In this document: positions 58,101 through 64,000 of the stretch, in pieces
Numbering within the stretch: the stretch's first letter is position 1
Layout of the letters: every line of letters begins with the position of its first letter
Assembly: GCA_026986575.1 (NCBI GenBank)
Contig: JALSOH010000004.1
Span: 544,001-608,000 of the forward strand
Length of the DNA stretch: 64,000 nucleotides
Reading direction: 5' to 3'
DNA from: Thermoproteota archaeon
GTDB lineage: Archaea; Korarchaeota; Korarchaeia; Korarchaeales; Korarchaeaceae
The notes under the pieces: model-generated
The model's input: the letters and a program-made list of their open reading frames with translations, nothing else
Database searches by the model: none
Told to the model about the DNA's origin: nothing
Translations under genes and position numbers: made by a program

Positions 58101-58740
58101 TTGGGATATGAGGTATCCGATCCACTACGAGCCAGTTGAATCTCCTGATTTCGAGCTGGCTACCAAGTATCCAGCCATGGCTTGGAGGAGGGCCGAGAAT
58201 TACAGATTCTTGGAGCCTCCTGAGGGGTTCGAGCATCTCAAGGACACTGTCACTATGATCCCGGAGGATATGTCGCCGCCCGAGGGTGCCGAGGTAGTTG
58301 TGGTGACTACAAACAGGATGACCGAGCACTTCCACACGGGTCAGCTTACTAGGAACGTCCCTCTCTTAGCGGAGTTAGTCCCGGAGCCATTTGCTGAGAT
58401 ACCTAAGCCCCTAGCGGATAAGCTCGGGATTAAGCCAGGGGATGTGGTCGAAGTGGGGAACAAGAGGAATGTGATATACGTGAGGGCGATGGTGACCCAC
58501 AGGGTTCCCAAGCTATCAGTCAACGGCAAGGAGGTCTATGTGATAAACCTGCCTTGGCACTGGGGGTGGGCCGGGGCCCACAGCACCTACGCAGTGGTGA
58601 ACACGATAACTGACGTGTATATGGACGTGGTCACTACCATGCAGGAGACCAAAGCGTTCCTAGCCTACGTTAGGAAGGCTTCCACCAAGAAATACGACTA
58701 CAGGGCAAGGGAGGAGAATTTACCGGGGATAAGGCCATGA
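55120..58740 (+). CDS. formate dehydrogenase alpha subunit (FdnG-like, Mo/W-bisPGD, Cys ligand), Tat-exported
   Basis: SRRTFLK, CGYCSVGC...LCPKG, ARRCHS, RGHSNVQG, R..EH.HTG; GGGGTGA RBS before ATG 55120. Confidence 0.93.
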   Translation: MQSPRLSRRTFLKMASLGTFSLLFSGSVRKVLGVPSPKRYRLGEIGGKDLQLTREVRGVCGYCSVGCGIIFYKTGDKVIHLEGDPDNPLNEGKLCPKGEASLELFGQHNPRRLRTPLIRVNPKPPAEELKKVKTQDELRAILDKYKPIWRPATWDEAFRYIAERMKEILDEVGWDPRKEDGYYHLGKKFPLWIEAGAKLTNEEAYIIKKIATMLGSYNIDHDARRCHSTTVAGLAGTVGFGAQTQSFIDTQFISTYLIFGGNPAENHPVSMRHTLKGKEKGTLKLVVVDPRYNRTASQADVFAFFRPGSDLAFLLYILHYAFWERNPPVDQLDTFKEFVTRFNVDLDEIKEFKEIAKDYTAEEVSRITGIPVNKLREIAKLYVENSGVTTNFKRFGSIQWAMGQTQHHVGTQITRLSTLVQLTLGNMGFPGGGLNPYRGHSNVQGTTDMCILSHILPGYIKQPSSPLQIRVYQDWKNQGFPDAWHWEIPDWAGSSFGPNERGKVNSTKVLWSWWFQNWRRFELTWGIFVGTDPESDPKNGTVISDFPFGKGYTENTWWQGVLFDDVLKAAIIMAENIAVSDGDAITTYIALASLKLLVVVDLWETETATFADVLLPGAFQYEKYGSITNSNRWVQWQGRVVPPAGDAKPDLWIMLKLWDYFKSYGIVRLPSQIYGKKTEKVSIRNPKTGEMVELYERKIEPFMDYATGRFADPDYAYADPELIYKEIDLAVDLYNGMYDWVDGKILAKRRKPLLRTESDIDGILDREFLMYKDWAWTWPKNVRILYDLWTLSKTLGRTFKFTFTPGEYSVGDTLNGRTVTITGETGEIRDAKSGKWRPAFIPGHNFVVGKMYKRAWSGMTDLLTGAVTAKDLLWYGRVVGKFVIFSGESHTVTTYEDLGIRCPLCESFYYDEDVINVGKANYKKPYFKGTKDYKGKKIKYVGFYDWKKVRDKFSEEFRSLAKSLGIREAVKSMKEKYGEWYAYPNPSNPNEILAWDMRYPIHYEPVESPDFELATKYPAMAWRRAENYRFLEPPEGFEHLKDTVTMIPEDMSPPEGAEVVVVTTNRMTEHFHTGQLTRNVPLLAELVPEPFAEIPKPLADKLGIKPGDVVEVGNKRNVIYVRAMVTHRVPKLSVNGKEVYVINLPWHWGWAGAHSTYAVVNTITDVYMDVVTTMQETKAFLAYVRKASTKKYDYRAREENLPGIRP

Positions 58741-58753
58741 TGGAGGTGATGCT

Positions 58754-59557
58754 ATGGGAGAGATGGCGATAGCCTTCAATGTGGATAACTGTATCTTCTG
58801 CAGGGCGTGTCAGGTCGCCTGCCACGTATGGAACAACACTAGGCCCCAAGTAACTGAATTCTCCCCGACATTGACTAACCCCCCAGATCTTCTGCCCAAT
58901 GTCTGGACATTGATGGAGGCCAAGGAGGTAGTAGAGGGAGATGAATTCCACTGGCTATTCTTCAAGAGGCAATGCATGCACTGCAGCGAGGCTCCCTGCG
59001 CTAAAGCGTGTCCAGTAAATGCCATAGAGATCCATCCGGAGGGAGCTGTTGTAATAAGAGAGGATAAGTGCACTGGATGCAGGTTCTGCATAGAGGCATG
59101 TCCCTATGATGTCCCCAGATACGATGAGAGTAGCGAAAAGGTGTATAAGTGCACTTTCTGCATAGACAGGATACAGAATGGCTTGGAGCCAGCTTGCGTA
59201 GCCGCATGCCCAACTGATGCATTGGTATTTGGTGATTACGATGAACTGGTCAACAGGTATAGGTCTCAGGGTTATGAGGTGTATGGTGACTCGGTCAACG
59301 ACTACGTGGGTAGGACCCATTACATCTACGTCACTAGGAAATACAAGGGCAAGCTGACCGATCCCAAGTACTTCGGTGATAGGTTGAAGAAAGACCCGAG
59401 AAAGGCTTCAGTACAGGTCGGAGCCAACGTGGTAGAACCCGTCGGCTGGGGCCTCGTTGGTCTCACATTGCTGGCCGCGGCTGGTCACTTCATCTACTGG
59501 AGGGCCAAGAGGATCGAGGAGAAGTCTGAATCTAAAGGTGAGAAGGGAGGTGAGTGA
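58754..59557 (+). CDS. formate dehydrogenase Fe-S beta subunit (FdnH-like)
   Basis: Four CxxCxxC sets, KCTFC.DR, C-terminal TM. Confidence 0.92.
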   Translation: MGEMAIAFNVDNCIFCRACQVACHVWNNTRPQVTEFSPTLTNPPDLLPNVWTLMEAKEVVEGDEFHWLFFKRQCMHCSEAPCAKACPVNAIEIHPEGAVVIREDKCTGCRFCIEACPYDVPRYDESSEKVYKCTFCIDRIQNGLEPACVAACPTDALVFGDYDELVNRYRSQGYEVYGDSVNDYVGRTHYIYVTRKYKGKLTDPKYFGDRLKKDPRKASVQVGANVVEPVGWGLVGLTLLAAAGHFIYWRAKRIEEKSESKGEKGGE

Positions 59558-60289
59558 ATGGCCGAGGAGTATGTTAGCCTTGCGGAATGGAGGAACAAGT
59601 GCGAGGCAGTGAAAGCGTTCAGTGAGGCACAGATATGGGTCCACAAGCACCTGATACACTTCACCTTGTTCTTCTTCATCACCGGCCTGCCCTTAATTAG
59701 CAAGGAATGGTTCGGCTGGCTCGCTTTCGTCTTCGGCTATCCACTATCCACAGTGATAGGGAGCTACGATCCCTACAGCCTCGGCATACAGGTGGCTCGG
59801 TTCATTCACAGGATCTCCGCTCTAGGACTCGCTCTAGTATTGATACCATTCCTCCTCAAAACGTTAGGGGAGCTCAGGCGCATGGAGATATGGCCCGAAT
59901 GCTGGAGCTTCTCCTGCTTCAAGAAAGGTTTCAAGGACATGATAGATTTCTACGTGTACAGGAAGAGGGTGACATTCCCCAAGTATAATGTGGGACAGAA
60001 GGGATGGATCTGGACCGTAATAGTAGGGATGGTGATAATGTACGTAACCGGAACCGTGATGTGGCTGAGGGACCTCTTCCCGCCCAGCGCCTGGGAGGTG
60101 GCCCACCTCCTCCACGATATAGGGTTCTTCATAGCAGCCATAGGCCTCATAATCCACGTGTATATGGCCCTGCTGATTCCAGAGCATAGGCCTTTCGTCA
60201 GGGCCATGTTCAGAACGGGTAGATTGACTGAGGAGTACGTTAGGGAGCACCATCCCGAGTGGCACGAGAAGATCGAGAAGGAAGGCTAA
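59558..60289 (+). CDS. formate dehydrogenase cytochrome b gamma subunit (FdnI-like)
   Basis: 4 TM, His ligands, KYN.GQK, HVYMA, HHP.W. Confidence 0.92.
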   Translation: MAEEYVSLAEWRNKCEAVKAFSEAQIWVHKHLIHFTLFFFITGLPLISKEWFGWLAFVFGYPLSTVIGSYDPYSLGIQVARFIHRISALGLALVLIPFLLKTLGELRRMEIWPECWSFSCFKKGFKDMIDFYVYRKRVTFPKYNVGQKGWIWTVIVGMVIMYVTGTVMWLRDLFPPSAWEVAHLLHDIGFFIAAIGLIIHVYMALLIPEHRPFVRAMFRTGRLTEEYVREHHPEWHEKIEKEG

Positions 60290-60307
60290 TCCCCCACCCA
60301 CTTTTTT

Positions 60308-61225
60308 ATGCCCCTCGATGTCTCTCGGATAGGTGAGGTCATAGTGTCGGACGAGCCGAGCAGGTTCAAGCGGGCAGTTGACCTGATTTCCATTGAAACC
60401 CCCGAGCTGAGGCCTTCTCTCCTATTCTACGCCGATATGATCTCTCTATTGAAGGAACTATCCGATGAAGTTGTATTAGAACTGGAGGATAGAAGGGAGC
60501 TTATTGAAGAGCTCGCTAAGAGGGTCAGCGAGGAGGGATCTCCACTCCTGAATTTACTCGGTACGATACCCGTATCCGCAGGGATATGGCAGAAGATACT
60601 CGAATCAGTAGTATCAATAGTGAAAGATCACCGGGAGGAGCTAACGGAAGATTTAGATAAGCTATTAGAGGCGTCGGAAGGTGGTTCCTTCAGTATACGC
60701 GACCTAGCCACCTACTCCCTGAAAGGGGATCCGAACTACGCTAGGGGGGTGGCTGCCGGACTTGATGTGGACTTGGACTTAGTGAACGCAATTGCCCTAT
60801 GGACAATACAACCCCTCCTCATTGCCCTGAGGAGGATCGCCGAAAGGAAGATAGATGCTGACAACTGGTTAAGAGGCTACTGTCCGGTCTGCGGGAGCTA
60901 CACGAGGACAGGATTCATGGAAGGGGAGGGTAGGAAGCTACACCTCAAATGCGAGATATGCGGGATGGAGTGGCCTTTCCTCAGGTTGAAATGTCCCTTC
61001 TGTGGTAACGAAGATGAGAAGAAGTTGGGTTTCTACTCTCTTAACGACAATAAGTTCCGCCTTTACGTATGCGAAAGTTGCGGAGAATACTGGAAGGTGG
61101 TCGACGAGGAACTAGCTGGTAAGAACGTTCCTAGGGAACTTTATCCGGTCTGGACCTTTGAATTAGATGAGCTGGCCTCCAAGCTCAGCAAGGAGAGGAC
61201 ATCGAAAGACGAGGAAGGTGACTAA
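60308..61225 (+). CDS. fdhE: formate dehydrogenase accessory protein FdhE
   Basis: CPVCGS, C.IC..EW...R.KCPFCG, C.SC..Y.K. Confidence 0.92.
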   Translation: MPLDVSRIGEVIVSDEPSRFKRAVDLISIETPELRPSLLFYADMISLLKELSDEVVLELEDRRELIEELAKRVSEEGSPLLNLLGTIPVSAGIWQKILESVVSIVKDHREELTEDLDKLLEASEGGSFSIRDLATYSLKGDPNYARGVAAGLDVDLDLVNAIALWTIQPLLIALRRIAERKIDADNWLRGYCPVCGSYTRTGFMEGEGRKLHLKCEICGMEWPFLRLKCPFCGNEDEKKLGFYSLNDNKFRLYVCESCGEYWKVVDEELAGKNVPRELYPVWTFELDELASKLSKERTSKDEEGD

Positions 61226-61235
61226 AGAGCTGAGG

Positions 61236-62006
61236 TCAGCAGAGAGGACTGTCTGCCTCCTTCCCATGCCACCTCACTAGGGGTCCCCCCTTGGACACCA
61301 TGGGACCTCCCCTCACCCTCTCCGGATAAGTGAAGACTTTCAACTCCCTAGTGAAGTCTTTCGAGATGAGGGTTATCCCCATCTGATCCGCTGATGCCGC
61401 TCCACTAACTAGAACGTGCCTCATGCTAGCAACGATCCTTATCCCCGTCAGAGACAGGAGCTTTATGATGTCCCCCGATATCCTCCCGGTGCTTATCATA
61501 ACTGGTGTAAGCTCCCTAAGATCGTCACTACGTTTCATTATCCAGCCAGCAATCTTCATTGCAGCGGTGTGCCTACTTATATCGACGAGCAGCACCTTCT
61601 GAGCTACGGAGGACCCCTTCAGGGCGTATAGCCCAGTGACGTGAAAGGCGAAGGGGCATATGCTCTTGGGAACGGATTTGGATATATCGGACATAAGGCT
61701 CAGGATCGTGCTCCATTCGACCGGCTCGTCCTTCCATCTAGGGGGGCTCAACTCCCCCTCGTCAGTGATCCTCAGCAGATACTCCAGGTCGCTCAGTCTT
61801 ATTTCCTCCACCCCGACATCCCTTGTGATCCCCTTCATCAGCAAGTAACCTATTGCGGCCTCCTCGATCATATTCGGGCTAGCGAAGAAGCTCCCTACCT
61901 TTCGGCCATCCACCCACTCCACCTCATACCTGAAGTCGGCAGCCATCTGCGTACCTCTCCAGCGGACGACGGACCTTTCACACACTTTCCTCAGTTCATC
62001 TTGCAT
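61236..62006 (-). CDS. fdhD: divergent FdhD sulfurtransferase-like protein
   Basis: SP..IEE.A.GYL, DISRH.A..K..G, STGRIS. Confidence 0.7.
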   Translation of the reverse strand: MQDELRKVCERSVVRWRGTQMAADFRYEVEWVDGRKVGSFFASPNMIEEAAIGYLLMKGITRDVGVEEIRLSDLEYLLRITDEGELSPPRWKDEPVEWSTILSLMSDISKSVPKSICPFAFHVTGLYALKGSSVAQKVLLVDISRHTAAMKIAGWIMKRSDDLRELTPVMISTGRISGDIIKLLSLTGIRIVASMRHVLVSGAASADQMGITLISKDFTRELKVFTYPERVRGGPMVSKGGPLVRWHGKEADSPLC

Positions 62007-62047
62007 TTAGGAGACACCCTTGGTGCTCAATATTAAGTGCATGCACT

Positions 62048-62407
62048 CTAGATGAGCCCTAACTCCTCAACCACCTTAACAGCTAGATTGCATTTTTCCC
62101 TGAACTCCTGCTCACTCACAGTATGAGTGGCAGGACAGTACCCATCCAGTATGCACTTCCCAGCGTCGAGATCGTAGATCACGGGATAGGCCCTGCACCC
62201 TAGAGGCCTGTGCTCGTAGACGGAACACATTCCGTTCTTTAGGAAGTAGCACTTACCATCAACGTTCTTGAGCCTGATGAACCCCCCTCTAAGCTCGGAG
62301 AAATCCTCTCTTCTATATCCTAGGGACTCAAGTCTCCTTATGTCGCTTTCGGTGAGGATCATCTCGGTCTCAAGGCAGCAGAGGTGGCATCCCTCAGGAC
62401 ATATCAT
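62048..62407 (-). CDS. YkgJ/FliB-like Cys-cluster protein
   Basis: C..GC..CC, C.FL, C.VY..RP..CR.YP. Confidence 0.88.
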   Translation of the reverse strand: MICPEGCHLCCLETEMILTESDIRRLESLGYRREDFSELRGGFIRLKNVDGKCYFLKNGMCSVYEHRPLGCRAYPVIYDLDAGKCILDGYCPATHTVSEQEFREKCNLAVKVVEELGLI

Positions 62408-62441
62408 CAGGGTTATATCGGTCTCTCCATTAAAATTCCGT

Positions 62442-63800
62442 ATGGATCTGGAGGGTGCGATATCCCTTGGTCTCGATGAAGGGGCGGACTTCATTGAGGT
62501 CAGGGAAGAGAGGACCTACATGACCATGATCAGGATGATCGATGGAGTGGTGAGGGAGCTGACCAGGGGAAGGGAATTCAGAATAAGTGTCAGGGCCCTT
62601 TACAAGGGAGGATGGGGGTTCGGCATAGCTAACTCCCCTAATGAGATAGCTGACGCGGTTAGAGATGCAGTAAGCCTAGCTAAACTCTCCTCCAAGTGGG
62701 CGGAACCTATAGAAGTGAATTGGCCCTCCTTCGAGGGAAGTTACGATGTTAAAGGAAGGAAGCCCGCGTGGCAGACTCCAATAGAGGATAAGATAAGGAT
62801 AGTTGAGGAGCAGGATCGACTCGCCAAATCCGTGGAGAAGGTGACCAACAGGAACATAGTAATGGGAGATACACTAAGGGAGACCAGAGTGATCAACTCC
62901 TTAGGAACTGACATCAGGCAGACACTACCTAGGGTCAGGCTGGCCGCCTATATATTCGCTCACGAGGCGGGAGTGACGGAAAGCGCGTTTGAATCGAGGG
63001 GAGGAATAGGGGGACTGGAGGTGATTGAGGGGACCGAGATCGCGGAGGAGGCAGCCAAAAGGGCCGTGGAAGCTCTATCGGCCAAACCAGCCCCTCCTGG
63101 ATCCCATCCAGCTATACTGGATCCGAAATTAGCTGGAGTTTTCATCCATGAGGCCTTCGGTCACGCGGCCGAGGGAGACGCGGTAGTTAACAATGAGAGC
63201 ATCCTCACTGGGAAGCTGGGTGAAAAGGTGGGCTCTGAGGTGGTCAGCGTCGTCGACGATCCAACCATAGAGGGGTTATACGGGTTTTACAGGTACGACG
63301 ATGAGGGCACCGAGTCCAGGCGCAAGTACATAGTTAAGGAGGGCATACTCTCCGGCTACATGACCAACTTGGAGACCGCTTCCAAACTAGGGCTCGAACC
63401 TACCGGAAACGCCCGTTCGATGGATTACAGCAATCCACCGATCGTGAGGATGTCTAACACGTTCATAGACAGGGGAGATTGGACGTTCGAGGAGATGGTG
63501 TCCGAGATGAAGCATGGAATATACGCATTCGGGTCCCTTTACGGATACACCGACCCGGCTAAGGGACAGTTCATGTTCAAGGCCGAGGGAGGATGGCTGA
63601 TAGAGAACGGGGAGCTCAAGCAGAGGTTGAGAGAGGTGGCTATAACTGGTATGACCCTCGAGGTCCTGAATAACATGGATGCGGTCGGGAAGGACTTATC
63701 TCACGATCCTGGGATGTGTGGGAAGATGGGCCAGTGGGTTCCCGTAACTACCGGAGCACCACATGTGAGGGTGAGCAAGCTGGTGTTCGGGGGGAGGTAA
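62442..63800 (+). CDS. tldD: TldD metalloprotease
   Basis: HEAFGHAAEGD, YDDEG, RMSNT, CGK.GQ.VPV..G.PH. Confidence 0.93.
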   Translation: MDLEGAISLGLDEGADFIEVREERTYMTMIRMIDGVVRELTRGREFRISVRALYKGGWGFGIANSPNEIADAVRDAVSLAKLSSKWAEPIEVNWPSFEGSYDVKGRKPAWQTPIEDKIRIVEEQDRLAKSVEKVTNRNIVMGDTLRETRVINSLGTDIRQTLPRVRLAAYIFAHEAGVTESAFESRGGIGGLEVIEGTEIAEEAAKRAVEALSAKPAPPGSHPAILDPKLAGVFIHEAFGHAAEGDAVVNNESILTGKLGEKVGSEVVSVVDDPTIEGLYGFYRYDDEGTESRRKYIVKEGILSGYMTNLETASKLGLEPTGNARSMDYSNPPIVRMSNTFIDRGDWTFEEMVSEMKHGIYAFGSLYGYTDPAKGQFMFKAEGGWLIENGELKQRLREVAITGMTLEVLNNMDAVGKDLSHDPGMCGKMGQWVPVTTGAPHVRVSKLVFGGR

Positions 63801-63801
63801 G

Positions 63802-64000
63802 ATGCTGAGGGAAGAAGCAGTTAAGGCAGCTCTTTCCTCCGGAGCTGAGGAGGCGGAGGCTTTCGAACTCTTTACCCGTGAGATCTCCATACATGTGGAG
63901 AAGGGGAAGGTCAAGACGGCCAGTTCCGTCAGGATGGTTGGTCTAGGGGTGAGGGCAGCCATAGGGCAAAAGCTGGGCTTTGCATTCGCCACAAACCCTA
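63802..64000 (+). CDS. TldE/PmbA partner, 3'-truncated by the window edge
   Basis: GAEEAE.F, GLGVRA..G.K.GFA directly after tldD. Confidence 0.8.
   Translation, partial: MLREEAVKAALSSGAEEAEAFELFTREISIHVEKGKVKTASSVRMVGLGVRAAIGQKLGFAFATNP

Noticed and set aside
62268-62494. Long N-terminal extensions of the tldD and YkgJ ORFs
   Set aside because: The extensions overlap each other; the plausible starts are 62442 (+) and 62407 (-)

Overview
Gene-dense archaeal chromosomal window. An Rpo8/RPB8-like subunit, an arcadin-1-like protein, Taw1, archaeal shikimate kinase and DHQ synthase II point to a (hyper)thermophilic TACK archaeon, possibly Korarchaeota-like (inference). The first ~38 kb is mostly housekeeping: three tRNAs, a C/D-box guide sRNA whose D guide matches the tRNA-Leu(CAA) anticodon loop, pyrH, thrBC, glyA, Lhr and XPD helicases, aro genes, and a core-MetE plus corrinoid-activator pair. 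It also holds a TFB-paralog/membrane HerA-VirB4 operon and two AT-rich islets encoding secreted Cys-containing pre-pro-proteins (archaeocin-like candidates), one beside a HEPN-MNT toxin-antitoxin pair. The ~38-62 kb stretch is an energy-metabolism island: ModE-like regulator, Ni ECF transporter, hyp maturation genes, a Tat-exported group 1 [NiFe] hydrogenase with Isp1/Isp2-like partners, and a Tat-exported FdnGHI-type formate dehydrogenase with FdhE/FdhD. TldD/TldE follow. No CRISPR array, transposase or integrase was seen. All calls come from motif recognition by eye, with no database searches.
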